Assembly (NCBI RefSeq): GCF_006345805.1
Contig: NC_043010.1
Span: 7,502,001 to 7,566,000 of the forward strand
Origin: Octopus sinensis
Taxonomy: Eukaryota
Direction: 5' to 3'
Length of the DNA: 64,000 nt
Below are positions 28,407 to 41,675 of this stretch, piece after piece. A model generated the notes under the pieces. It did no database searches, was not told the origin of the DNA, and was given only the letters and a program-made list of their open reading frames with translations. A program made the position numbers and the translations under genes. Every line of letters begins with the position of its first letter. Positions within the stretch are counted from its first letter, which is position 1.

Positions 28407-28996
28407 TATTTAAATATTAAAAATTTAAATTACAGAAATTTATTACTTATAGACACCTTCTGCTGAGAGAACAATAGTTGAGTTAGTATTAATATATTCT
28501 ATGTTGTGAGCATTAATAGTCTAGATTCTCTCATTACTACTTCAGCATGTACAATAAAGTCTATGCTTATCTGAGGAGATTCAATAATAATTTAATGTTT
28601 GCTGTGTTGCCTTCTGTGCTTATTCATTTACTGTATTTTCATTTTACATAATAATTCATGAACAGTAGCGTTAGCGGTTTCTAAGGGGCCAATCCCTAGT
28701 TCATGCTATTTCATAAGGTAAGATTAAAAAGGGCTGTATGGTATATCAAATACCATACAACATAAATTCTTGATGTAAAAAATTATTTTTGCCTTTAGAT
28801 GATGAGCAATAATTGCCAAATAGCAATCGAGCGCTGCTCCATTTTAGAAAAGAGATAATCTGAAGAATGCAAGAATTCTCTCAAGTTGACATGCCTGGAA
28901 ATAAGGGGGTCAGTTGTGGACATATGGTTCTGGCTCTTACACACCTTATTACATGTTTTATGAAATATTATATTAAATCATTAAACTATTAATATT

Positions 28997-29273
28997 TTGC
29001 AGCGTGGAAGGTGTTTATAAGCCATTTAAGAAACACACAAAAGCCGTTCGATTCACTTCAACATTCAAATTTAATTTGTCAAAATATTTTCGTCGCTTTG
29101 AAACTGTGACCTGTTCACTGACAAAACTTCGTGCAGCACAAAGTTTTGTCAGTGAACAGGTCGCGGTCTCAAAGCGACGAAAATATTTTGACAAATTAAA
29201 TTTGAATGTTGAAGTGAATCGAACGGCTTTTGTGTGTTTCTTAAATGGCTTATAAACACCTTCCACACTGCAA
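28997..29273. mobile_element. 277-bp palindrome; probable inverted pair of Penelope-like element termini
   Basis: Arms are reverse complements about a centre at 29135, with only a few mismatches. Each arm contains a hammerhead-like fold. Confidence 0.75.
29145..29195 (+). ncRNA. Minimal type I hammerhead-like ribozyme with G3:C8 variant core
   Basis: Stem I TTTGTCA/TGACAAA (7 bp); core GTGAACA plus G; stem II GTCGC/GCGAC; GAAA; palindromic stem III AATATT; predicted site after U29188. A mirror copy lies on the minus strand at 29075-29125. Confidence 0.55.
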
Positions 29274-29836
29274 TTATTTTCGTTCCAGCACACGATCTCA
29301 GATAAAGTTACGCGCTATGCAAGTACATCTCTGTAATATTTATATTTTATGATACGAGAAATTTTATCCCTGAGCAAACCATCCTAAAAAGCATTTCAGC
29401 ATGAAGGAAAAAGTTTCTTGTTAACTTGCATCTAACTGGGCACAATTATACTGGTCCATCATTATGTCTTTCAAAACTAAGAATATTCGGGGTCATTACT
29501 CTTTAAGAAAATTGTGGCTGTTGGGGGTTTATACTCCCATCCACCTTAAAAGAATCCTCAAAAACTCTTCCAAGATTCATCTGAGGATTCTCAGCCAATT
29601 TGGAGATATCTGGGAGACTTGAAGATAATTGAGTATCAATTGAATCAACTCCAGTATTTGACTGATACTTGGATTTTATTTGACCTGGAAGGATAGAAGA
29701 CAAAGCTAACCATGGCAGAATTTGAACATAGAACGAAGGGGGCCAGAAATTAATGCCACAAGACATTTTCACTTATATTCTAAACAGAATATATTTCACC
29801 TTGTTCATTCTCTTCACCAATTAACCATGAACTACC

Positions 29837-30066
29837 TATTTCTTTATTACCCACAAGGGGCTAAACACAGAGCGGACAAACAAGGACAGATATAGGTATT
29901 AAGTCGATTACATCGACTCCAGTGCGTAACTGGTACTTAATTTATCGACCCCGAAAGGATGAAAGGTAAAGTCGACCTCGGCGGAATTTGAACTCACAAC
30001 GTAATGGCAGACGAATACGGCTACGCATTTCGCCCGGCGCGCTAACGTTTCTGCCAGCTCACCGCT
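29837..30066 (-). mobile_element. SINE family C with 17-bp TSD
   Basis: TSD ATTAACCATGAACTACC at 29820-29836 and 30071-30087. Confidence 0.92.
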
Positions 30067-31065
30067 TTATATTAACCATGAACTACCACCTCTTCTTACA
30101 CTCCAGAACGGTTTTGTAAACATACGCAATTTTATTTTGCTATACAAAGCACATTTGCAGAACACATATGCAAACACACACGTACACACACAACACACAT
30201 ATGCAATAAAGCATGAAATACATACGCATAGATATTACACACATATACACAGAGACAGTTAAAAGTGTGGATAGATACAACCTAAATGTAAAACTACCAC
30301 TTTATGCATCTTAATTTTATCTCTTGGTAAATATTACTAGAAAGGAACATAAAAATACTTTTCATATCCATTTACTATGCTGACACAGTATAGTCAAAGT
30401 GAATAGAATTAGAACTTTCTATATTCTATATCTCCTGAACTGTTATCACAGCTTATTCCACATCAATTATGTTCAGCCAAAGTAACTAAAGCAATGTTAC
30501 ATGGAAAGACAGCTTTATATTTGAAGAGACGCCAGACACATAAGTTTAATTCCACTTGAATTCAACTAGATAGAAAGTTTAATTTGAACATGAATGCATT
30601 GATAAATATTTTAACTACAAAAGTGCAAAACAAAAAAACAAATAACAGCAAAAATAGTAAAAGAAAGAAAGAAAGAAAGAAATTAGCTGAATTCCAACTT
30701 CCAACTGAGAATTTAATTAAAGAAATTGGGTTTGCTGTCTCCTTATGGAAAATATCAAGAATATCATTATAATATCAAGAATATCATTAAAATATAATCC
30801 AAGATATGAAAAACATAATAAAATATTTCTTAGCAATAGTATTATTTGTATTCATAACCATTTTTAAAATACAATCCTTTCTTTCTTTCTTTTCTCTTTG
30901 GAGCGCATCAGCATCATTTTAGTGAAACCTAGAGTTCAACTTAGATTAAATTTGAGTTGAGCTTGATAGATGTTCTAGAGTCATGGTTAGTGTCGAAGAA
31001 GATTTGATTCAGAATGCATTTCAATATACATTTTGAGCTAATGAAAGATTCTCTGTGTAAATATG

Positions 31066-31236
31066 GTTATGTGGTTAAGAGACTCACTTTGTAACTATGT
31101 AGTTTCATGTTCAATCCCACTGCATAGCACTGTGAGAAAAATATAATCCAGTCTAGCCCCGGGTCGACCAAAGCCTTCTGAGTGAGTTTAGTAGATGGAA
31201 ACTGTGTGGAAGCTCATTGTAAATATATGTGTGCAT

Positions 31237-31276
<40 letters not shown>

Positions 31277-31465
31277 TGTGTGTGTGTGATCACTGGTTGA
31301 GAACCAGTATTAGTTTGTTTACATCCTGATAACTTAACAGTTTGGCAAAAGAAACTAATTAAATAAGCGTCAGACTTAAAAATATAAGCCCTGGGTTCGA
31401 TTTGTTCAAGGTGGAGTCCCAGCATGGCCAGTGATTGAAACAAGTAAAAGATAAAGGAAGATAAA
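31066..31465 (+). mobile_element. SINE family A-related, degenerate
   Basis: Patchy homology to head and tail. Confidence 0.65.
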
Positions 31466-31799
31466 AGAATTATTTCGAAATATAAAGTAAAATTTCCCTA
31501 CTATGATACTTGGCCATCTTAAAAACGACTGTAAAATGATACATCAGACAACATAGCATTAATTACACTTTGCTTAAAAAATTAAAAACCATTAGGGTGG
31601 AAACAACTGGGACAGCCTTGATCATAGATCTGCTTGACAGAAATGACATTGGATGTACTGTCATCATTGTTGTTATCACTGTCATCATTTCTGCTCCCAC
31701 TGCTATCACTGTCATTATTATCATCACTGATGTCATTATCATCATTATCACCAACACTACCACTATTATTATTATTATTAGTAGTAGTAGTAGTAGTAT

Positions 31800-32350
31800 T
31801 GAGTGAGAGAGCAGTACATGCCATCAAAGTGACACTGGGGTAGAATATACAAAGCCCAGTATATATACCCATCATGACTACCCATCTGATAAGGGTACAC
31901 CAGGTACATGCATCACAACCAGATGTGTGTGACATGGTGATCTCATATTAAGATAAACAGTGCATGATCTTGCAGGTGGGGCCCAGTTAGAATTTTCTCC
32001 AGGTTGAGTAGCCCATCCCACTCAAAACTTCCCGGAATAAGGGTAGTGTAAGGATGTTGAAAGAACCACCCATGTTTCCAGAGATGAATTATTCAAACCT
32101 CAAAGAATTCCTCTCAACACATGACTATGATGCTCCCCAACTACTTCTGCTCATGATCAGAGATGCGCATATCATCAGCCACTAAGGGACATGCTCAACT
32201 GGTTAAGGTCAAGCAACTGACACACAAATCTGTGGTTTTGAGCAGAATATTCGCTGTAGCCCATCTTTTATACCAAGATAAAAAACAATGTACATGACAA
32301 CAATTCTAATCAGTTAAGATCAGAAGCCATGAGAGCCACTGCCTTACTGT
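31800..32350 (-). mobile_element. Family D retroposon (AAT-tailed, about 550 bp)
   Basis: Reverse complement of 41676-42222; 3' end abuts (ATT/AGT)n. Confidence 0.85.
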
Positions 32351-32517
32351 ACTGTACTTAGTATATTAACTGAGCAAGGATAATTTCTTATACTTGTGTG
32401 ACACTGATAATTATTATTGTAGCTTTCAATCAATGTTTTTTTTTTATATCCTTTGTTCTTCCATTCCCTTTTTTAAATTTACATTTATTACTTTATGAGA
32501 AATTATGCTTCTTTTTT

Positions 32518-32902
32518 TATGTGGTTTTGTGGTAAGAAGCTTGCTTCTCAGCCACATGCTTCCAGGGTTCAATCCCACTTCATGGCACCTCGAGTAAGTG
32601 TCTTCTACTATAACATCAGGCTGACAAAAGCTTTGAGAGTGGATTTGGTAGATAGAAATTGAAAGACGTCTGTCATATATATGAATGTGTGTATACATGG
32701 GTTGGGGGTAGGATGTCAGTGTTTGTCCCTCACCACTGCTTGACAACTGATGTTGGTGTGTTTATATCCCAGTAACTTAGCAGTTCAGTACAAGAGACCG
32801 ATAGAATATGTAGTGGGCTTTAAAAAAAATAAGTCCTGGGGTTGATTTGTTCAACTAAAACCCTTCACGGCTGCTGTCTAATGACTGAAGCAAGTAAAAG
32901 AT
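32518..32902 (+). mobile_element. SINE family A (older copy)
   Basis: Homology to family A. Confidence 0.8.
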
Positions 32903-35542
32903 ATATATGGAGTTGGAAAGAATGTCCTGTCAAACACTGTTAAAGCTTCATAATTAGACTAATTAAATTTATTCTAATTATTTATAATTTTGTTTTAAGA
33001 CACAGTATACATCAGTTAGTTATGCTAACAGAAAACAATCTCTTTTTTTTTAGACTTTATTGATGGCTTAGATCTAAAAGAGAACTATAAAAGGTTTCCA
33101 GGGTCCAGAAAATCAAAACTCTGTAACCCTTTAATGGTCATGTTCTCCCCACCCCTGTAGTTGTCAATTTACAACTTCTTAGGATGAACACCAACTGATT
33201 CAATTTCTCCTGAGTCAGAGAGCCAACAAAAGCCATGAGGCACTGCTTCTTCATTCAATACTTAAGCTAATGGGAAAATGTATTTAAAAATAACTGAACT
33301 TATTCAACTCTTCTAGAACCTTTCACTGCACTGATTATTGCCAACACAGAAGCTATCACTATTTTCTTTAGATTCTGGATTTTATACTTTATACAAAACA
33401 CCAGTTGCCATAGGAAATAAGTAAAGAGCGAGTGCAGATTTAATTAGATTGAAATTTTAGCTGATCATCAAGTACAAAAATATTTATTCATAAATAGCTT
33501 TTTTATTTATTCTATTTTTTATTTCTATTTTGTGACTATGTGGCAATAAGTTCTTGCTAGCATTCTGTGTATAGAAGCAATTCAGTTGACTAAAGACTGT
33601 TCATTAAAAGAAAGATTAATAAAATATTAAAAAACAATATCTTTGTGACTCTAAAAAAGAAAAGAAATCTGTATTGAAAAGATGGAAAGAAAACACCAAA
33701 CAAATAGCTCAATGTGTATTTAAAAGTGAATAAGGATTCATTCTTGAATACAGTGAAGTTTGGTAAATAATAGCTTGTTTTATTTTGATAATAATAATAA
33801 TAATAATAACAATAACTGTTATTTAGGAAATAAAGATTAATATGAAAGAAAAAAATATTCATATTAACATGACTGTGCTCCAGTATGGCCATAGCCTCTA
33901 GCTGAAATTAATAAAAAAAGAAAGTAGAAAGTGGTGACAAATCCAAATTTGTGAAGTTAGCTCACTATGCATCATTAATAAAAATTTGAATAGGTCAGTG
34001 ATGTCACACACCAAGAGCTTTCAGAAACATTTGAAATTTATTTCCCTATATAGTGTATGGTAGTCAATGCTTCATTCACCAAAAAGATATATAAAAAAAA
34101 AAAAACGAAAAAATGAAAAATTCAAACAAGAATTTTCATTGAATGTTTTCCTCACCTCCAAAATCGTTAAGATCCAGCCAGCCTCCTTCCTAACATGTTA
34201 CTAGAAAGTTCACTGAAGCAACTAAAATATAATTTCATTGAGCAGGAGTTGAACAGATTCTACTAAATGACTCTTATCTCAAGGGTTATTTATTTTACTT
34301 TATTTTATTTTATTTTGGTATTTTCATTGGAATTGCACTGTTAAATTTTTGCTGAGAGATAACCTAAGGCTTCATTCACTGTTACGCAGAATATTCAGAA
34401 AATGCTTGTGGAATAAAAATAAACTTTAAATACAAAAAAAAAAGACTAAAAAAAAAGAACAAACTCATTTTATGGAATATTTTTTAACTATGGCTTGTTT
34501 CAAGTGACAACAACAAATCTATCACAACTAAAAATGAATGAGGAACGTTAAATTTGTAGTTTAATCCTAAGAAGTTGAACAGATATTTGCTTTTTCTCTA
34601 TCACATACCACTACAAGTACTCAAAAGAAAGAGGGGAAAAAATCAATATTCTTGATCAAATGAAAAATCAATATATTACCTATTGGGAGTACTAATTTTT
34701 AAGCTCTCTTAAGTAAATAATGAGACATATTGAAAAGATGACTTAATTTTGAATTTATACTCCAGTAAAATAAATTGATGGCCATGACAAGTTAAAAAAT
34801 TTTTTTTTAAATAAAAAAGGAAGGAAAACCAAAAAGAAATAAAAAAGACAAGAAAAAGGAAAAAAAAATGGAGGAATTTTTTTTTTTTTTTTGTCTTCTC
34901 AAATTCATTTGGTATCAGGGAGATAAAAAGTGATTATATTTGGAATGTTTAGCCATTTTATGACACAGGGTAAATTCACCTCAGATCTAATTGCTTTGAA
35001 AATATCATTTTGAATCAATTTCAGTGCTTCAGATTGGAGAAATTAGCACACAAAAGCATCAAAAATGTTTTCCGCTATCTCTTGTGTTTTTGTCTCCTGA
35101 GATTTTTATAACAGCTAAATGATCAACTAACTTGGTAGGGACTTGAGATTATCATTAATATAGTTCACATTATGCTAATTCATCGAATAATTTTTGTTTT
35201 GTTTTTTGTTTGTGGTTTTTGTTTTATCTCTTCATTTAACATCAGTGATGATGATGATGACATAGTTTGTGTTTATATTTTTGTTATTTCCTTTCGGATA
35301 ATTGATTATCATTTCAAATAAGAAAGCTCAGTGGAAATATAATTATAATAAAAATGAATAAATAAATAAATGAATAAAAATGACCATAGCAGAAGTGGTA
35401 TTAGACTGAAATTATGAGTGAGGGGTAGTTATAGGAGGAGGAGGAAGACCGGTAGAATAATCATACTGATAGTGGTAGAATCGGTTAGGGATCGTGATGG
35501 TGCCAGCAACAATATCAGTGGATTTGACAATGATGCTGTAGT

Positions 35543-35775
<233 letters not shown>

Positions 35776-35984
35776 GTGCAGGTGGAAGAAAGGGTTATTG
35801 TCATTATGAAGATGAAGTTGATAGAAGTAGCAGCACAGGAGGAAATCATAATGATTTTTGGCATGATGGTAATCATAGCAGTGGTTGTAAAAACAATATT
35901 GATTTCTTTAATAATTGTAACAACAACAACTACAATAATAATAATTCTTTAATAACGATAATAATGATAAACCTTTCTACGATA

Positions 35985-36200
35985 GGCTTAAGGCCCAGAG
36001 ATTTGGGGTAGCGGGACAGTTGGTTACATCAACCCCAGTGTTCAATTTGTACTTATATTATCAACCCTAGCACTCGACTGGTATATTGTTTTATCAACTT
36101 CTAAAAGGATAAAAAGAAAAGTCAGCCACAGTTGGTTTTGAACTCAGAACATAAAGTCAGACAAAATGTCACTGAGCATTTTGACCACAGCATGCTACCA
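35985..36200 (-). mobile_element. SINE family C-related, degenerate
   Basis: caaccccagtg...ggataaaaagaaaagtcagc...tttgaactcagaac core. Confidence 0.65.
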
Positions 36201-36217
36201 ATTCTAAGTTGCTGTCT

Positions 36218-36220
<3 letters not shown>

Positions 36221-36248
<28 letters not shown>

Positions 36249-36266
36249 AATGATAATAATAATAAT

Positions 36267-36304
<38 letters not shown>

Positions 36305-36309
36305 TGATG

Positions 36310-36340
<31 letters not shown>

Positions 36341-36342
36341 TG

Positions 36343-36437
<95 letters not shown>

Positions 36438-36465
36438 CATAATAATGATGATTATGATGATGATA
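36221..36465. repeat. (AAT)n microsatellite
   Basis: Direct reading. Confidence 0.95.
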
Positions 36466-36473
36466 TGGTAAAA

Positions 36474-36800
36474 ATGATCCAGTGGGAGCTTTGTGGAAAT
36501 AATGGCCAAGAAAGATCAAAGACATGGTTTGACAAAATCCTAGAAGGAGTTGCTGAAAATGGGGATTGCAAAATCCTGTGGGATGCAATGATTCGGTGTA
36601 ACCATCAAATTAAACATCGATAACCTGACATTGTTAACAACTATGATGAATTGAAATGGGAAATATGCAGGTTGTTGACAATGAAGAGAGTGGACATGAT
36701 ACCAATTGCAACCGGTGCACTTGGAAGTATCAGTACCCAACTGCCAACATGGCTCAAAAAGATTGGTACAAATGTAAAGACAGAACACCCACAAAAATCA
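36474..36800 (+). mobile_element. R4/Dong-clade non-LTR retrotransposon, restriction-like endonuclease fragment (decayed)
   Basis: QWELCGNNG..KTWFDK..EGVAENGDCKILWDAMIRCNHQIKHR*PDIV then ELKWEICRLLTMKRVDMIPIATGALGSIS..LPTWLKKIG; matches the R4/Dong C-terminus. Contains a stop, a deletion and a frameshift. Confidence 0.82.
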
Positions 36801-36804
36801 TCAA

Positions 36805-36960
36805 TGCCAACTTTCTCTCGCTCTTTCCTCCTGCATCTTGCAGCTCACCTGTGACGGACCGGCATCCCGTCCAGGTAGAGAACCGATACGCCAAGGAAAC
36901 CAGGAAACCGGCCCTAATGAACCAGCCATGGCTCGAGAAGGAACAAACAACAACAACAAC
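36805..36960 (+). mobile_element. 3' fragment of another SINE with (CAA)n tail
   Basis: cctgtgacggaccggcatcccgtccagg central-domain-like motif followed by an aacaacaac tail. Confidence 0.6.
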
Positions 36961-36961
36961 C

Positions 36962-37212
36962 TCATCATCATTATCGTTTAACGTCCGTTCTCCATGCTAG
37001 CATGGGTTGGACGGTTCGACCAGGGTCTGGGAAGCCAGGAGGCTGCACCAGGCTCCAGTCTGATCTGGCAGTGTTTCTACAGCTGGATGCCCTTCTTAAC
37101 GCCAACCACTCCGCGAGTGTAGTGGGTGCTTTTTACGTGCCACCTGCACAGGTGCCAGGCGAGGCTGGCATCGGCCACGATCAGTTGGTGCTTTTAACGT
37201 GCCACCGGCACG
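36962..37212 (-). mobile_element. Family B retroposon
   Basis: Homology to family B. Confidence 0.88.
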
Positions 37213-37894
37213 GACTAAAAGAAAAGAAAAAAATGAAGAAAAGCAAGAATCTAGTATAACTGTTTGAACAGGTAAACAAAGGTCAAAAATGTATGTGCTC
37301 TTTGGAGAAGAACAATCAAAAAGCAAAAAACATTGATATGTTCAATGCAGAAAAAATTAGGGGATGAATAACAAGGGCCTCAAAATAACATGCCATTGGT
37401 GAAAACTACAACAGGTAAAATAGTGCTGTTGAAACACTCTGAAGGAGAAGTGGTAGACTTTGAGGTTGAACTAATTATGAGTCATGTCTTAATTTTGGAG
37501 CTCAGGTATCCCTTATTTCTGCCTAGGTTGGTTATCATTTTTTTTTTTTACATGTACTAAATCTTTAATCTCTTCTAACATGTGCTTTTACATTTTTGCT
37601 CTTACACCACCCATATAAATATCTACATGTATATATGTATGTGTGTATGTATGTATGTATGTATGTATGTATGTATGTATATGTGTGTGTGTGTGTGTGG
37701 TGTGTGTGTGTGTGTGTGTGTGTTTGTGTGTGTACATCCTCATGTTTTTGTAACCTCTATTAATGTGGCATGTTCTGTAATATATATTTAAGCTGAGAAC
37801 TTGTGACCAATATATGAAATAATAGTATTAATAATAATAATTATTATTATTATCATTGGTGGTGGTGATGGTGGTGGTGGTGGTGGTGGTGGTG

Positions 37895-37930
<36 letters not shown>

Positions 37931-38692
37931 GTATCAGAATTGGTAATAGCAGTGAGGAAGTTGAAGCTGGTTAGAGAAATGACCAATTGAATGTCATGAA
38001 AACTCATCCATCAAAAAATGTGTTGGGAAGCTTAAAGAAATTGGTGAAAAATCTAATTAGAAACATGCTAGGTACTCAATCAAATTCTATAAAAAACAAA
38101 AATTCTATTATGAGTTCCACTGACATTAACATACAATTAAAGAACAAAGGAGAAACTAGCCAACATATTTAAAACAAATCAGAAAGAATAGAACATTTAA
38201 AATAAAATATAAGAAAATATAGTTGAATTCATAAATGAATAATATAAATAAAATTAAAGAGAGTTGAAATTAAAACTTTTTAAATAATTTCTGACTAATA
38301 AATTCATAATTAAAATTCATAAAGGAATGGAAAATAAATAGGATACGGATTTGTATTTCTTACACCGATCAGCATTTTATTTATTAAAGTGCATCAGTTT
38401 CGATTTGGAATCTATTTGGAATTTTGTGTGTTTTACTGGGAAATCTAATTGTGGTTTTAATGTTCAACTTAAAAGTCAAGGACTAATTGATTACATGTAT
38501 AACTACAGATAGAAGGGTTCATTAAAAAGGTCAAAGTTCATCCAGGGGAAAAGGTAATTTAATTTTACTGTGTAATGTTGTGGATTCATGCATTTTCATT
38601 TGGTATTCCTTAAAAAATTTCAAATGGAAAATTCTTTAAACGCATTTCAATGCCTCACCAACAAATAGACAATAGCCCTTTCTATCTCAGTC

Positions 38693-39040
38693 ATCATCAT
38701 CATCGTCATCATCGTTTAACGTCCGTTCTCCATGCTAGCATGGGTTGGACGGTTCGACTGGGGATCTGGGAAGCAAGAAGGCTGCACCAGGCTCCAGTCT
38801 GATCTGGCAATGTTTCTACAGCTGGATGCCCTTCCTAACGCCAACCACTCCATGAGTGTAGTGGGTGCTTTTTACGTGCCACCCGCACAGGTGCCAGGCG
38901 AGGCTGGCAACGGCCACAGTTGGATTGGTGCATTTTACATGCCACCGGCACGGAAGCCAGTCGAGGCAGCACTGGCTTCGGCCACGATTCGGATGGTGCT
39001 TTTTACGTACCACCAGTCCAGGGGTCCTGGCATCTGCTGG
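38693..39040 (-). mobile_element. Family B retroposon (long copy)
   Basis: Homology to family B, including the internal gtgccacc..gcac subrepeats. Confidence 0.88.
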
Positions 39041-39307
39041 GTGCCAGTCATAGGATTGGTTCAATTTCGATTCCGATTCCAATTTCGATTTCACTTGCCC
39101 CAACAGGTCTTCGCAAGTGGAATCACTCAAATTTTTAGAAATAGTAGCTAAATCTTCCTCAAATAATACCTTAACTGTCTTTTAAAAATGCGGACTCAGT
39201 AGTTAATGTAATATTAGATACAACTAAAAAAACAGGGTTGATACAATTGATATTTTTTCCATCAGATCTAATTGCTCAATCATAGCTGACCTGAGATTAC
39301 ACAATAG

Positions 39308-39539
39308 CAGCAGCAAGTTGGCAGAAACGTTAGCACGCCAGGCGAATTGCTGAGCGGTATTTCGTCTGCCGTTACATTCTGAGTTCAAATTCTGTCGAGG
39401 TCGACTTTGCCTTTCATCCTTTTGGGGTCGATAAATTAAGTACCAGTTATGCACTGGGGTCGATGTAATCGACTTAATCCCTTTGTCTATCCTTGTTTGT
39501 CCCCTCTATGTTTAGCCCCTTGTGGGTAATAAAGAAATA
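39308..39539 (+). mobile_element. SINE family C, full length
   Basis: gcagcaagttggcagaaacgttagc head through to aataaagaaata tail. Confidence 0.9.
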
Positions 39540-40178
39540 CGAAGCTTGCTTCCCAACCATATGGTTCCGGGTTCAGTCCGACTGCATGGTACCTTGAGCA
39601 AGTGTCTTCTACTTTAGCTTTGGGCTGACCAAAGCCTTGTGTGTGGATTTTGTAGATGGAAACTGAAAGAAGCCTGTTGTATATATATATATATTTATAT
39701 ATATGTATATATATTAATGCATATGTGACTCTGTGTCTGTATTTGTCGCCCCACCATTGCTTGACAATCAATGTTGGTGTGTTTATGTCTTTATAACTTA
39801 ACAGTTCGGCATAAGAAACCGATAGAATAAGTATTAAGCTCACAAAAAATAAGTCCTGGGGTCGATTTCTTTGACTAAAACCCTTTAACCCTTTAGTGTT
39901 CGCATTATTCTGCCAAAATTAATCCTTTTTTATCCACATTGCCTTGAACTAATCAGGCATTATCTTGGTGCTATGAGATTTTGATGAAGTAGCTGTTAAT
40001 TTTTAAAACGATATTGTAGGGTTGGTGTGAGAGACCAGATCTGGCCAGTTTGAACATAAAACAGGCAGAATACTTCTGGCCGGATATGGACGGTTAAAAT
40101 GCTAAAGGGTTAAGGTGGTGCTCCAGCATGACCACAGTCAAATGACTGAAACAAGTAAAAGAATTAAAGAATAAAAGA
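39540..40178 (+). mobile_element. SINE family A interrupted by a MITE
   Basis: The family A sequence aaccct-ttaa-ggtggtgctcc is split by the insertion at 39889-40109. Confidence 0.88.
39889..40109. mobile_element. piggyBac-type MITE, 221 bp
   Basis: TTAA duplicated at 39885-39888 and 40110-40113; TIR CCCTTTAG/CTAAAGGG; the empty site can be reconstructed from sister SINEs. Confidence 0.88.
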
Positions 40179-40486
40179 ACGTATATACATCTTTTAAAAA
40201 ATTTAGTAAATCATACATATACTCATAATCATATTGCTTTTGGTGGCCTGAAGACCCACATGAGGATTCATCAGGTGAGTGAATGAATTGTAAACATTGG
40301 TGAATGGTAGTAATATTAACGAGTGTGTTGTTGGTTATCTAATTGGCTGGATTTTTTTATTTTCTGTCTTCTCACAGAACACTCATACATCTTTTCGATG
40401 GTAGAATCCATCACATACATATGCAATGGCCATTCAAATTGCTTCCATCTATCTGCTTCACTCATAAGGTATTGGTCTTTAGACTT

Positions 40487-40880
40487 CATCATCATCATCA
40501 TCTTATCATTTAACGTCCGCTTTCCATGCTAGCATGGGTTGGACGATTTGACTGAGGTCTGGCAAACCAGACTCCAATCTGATCTGGCAGAGTTTCTACA
40601 GCTGGATGCCCTTCCCAACGCCAACCACTCTGAGAGTGTAGTGGGTGCTTTTATGTGCCACCGGCACAAGGGCAAGTTTGGTGATCCTTTCAGGGTCGAT
40701 AAATTAAGTACCAGTTATGCACTGGGGTCGATGTAATCGACTTAATACCTATGTCTGTCCTTGTTTGTCCCCTCTCTGTTTAGCCCCTTGTGGGTAATAA
40801 AGAAATAGGTACTGGCAGCGGCCATGCCCAAATGGTGCTTTTTATGTGCCACCTGCACATGAGCCAGTCAGGAGGCACAT
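40487..40880 (-). mobile_element. Family B retroposon interrupted by a 5'-truncated family C SINE (about 40672-40808, +)
   Basis: B sequence resumes after the C tail aataaagaaata. Confidence 0.8.
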
Positions 40881-41589
40881 AAAAAGCACCATTACCTGGG
40901 GCTAAAATAAAAGACAATAAAAGACCAGGTATGGAACAGTGAAACTAAACCTGAAACTGTTTAGTTGCAAAACAAACTGCTTAACCACTCAGCCAAGCTT
41001 GTGTCCACAGAAATTCTTTACAATACATTTCTTTTTTAATAAACTGAGACATTTCTTTTTCTTTATAATTTCAAGTTTCCACAATGCCAAACAGATACTG
41101 AATACATTGAATATATTTTGTAGCATTCCTCCTAGAATACAATACATTTATAGTTATATCAATGTATTCAGAATTGATATTTAAATCTGATATACATATA
41201 TTAATATATTCACCCTTTCTTATATCTTATTTATAATTTTTAACAGTGATACATCTTTGTTCTGCTGCTGACACAATTGTACTTTTGCCAATAAACTCTC
41301 TTCCCCAATGATCTATTGGTCAATTCTTTTAAGATATTTTCCAACTTTTCCCTCCACCCTCAACATCATATTTTGGGACTAAACATACTGTCAAACTGTT
41401 CACACTTTCTTTACAGATTTCTTATGAAACTGAACAAAAACATAATCATATTGAATGAGCTGAAGCCTCAGCAGCGTCACTGATCTGCTAGAAATAGCTA
41501 CTGAATTTCCCCTCAAATCAAATCGTAGTGCTAGAAAGAAAGGAAGGCTCATTAGATAATGCAGTCCCACATATTCCTGCCTTTGCAAA

Positions 41590-41662
<73 letters not shown>

Positions 41663-41675
41663 TAATAATAATAAA

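Noticed and set aside
29004-29293. Nearly identical ORFs on both strands
   Set aside because: A consequence of the palindrome, not coding.
34156-34212. Minus-strand micro-exon candidate EGGWLDLNDFG
   Set aside because: The acceptor is ambiguous and the phase is not compatible with exon 26049 without an unseen exon.
40207-40470. GGLKTHMRIHQ with a GTGAGT donor, plus a downstream exon-like segment (possible C2H2 zinc finger)
   Set aside because: No CxxC half, wrong F-to-L spacing, and the in-phase next exon stops after 8 codons.
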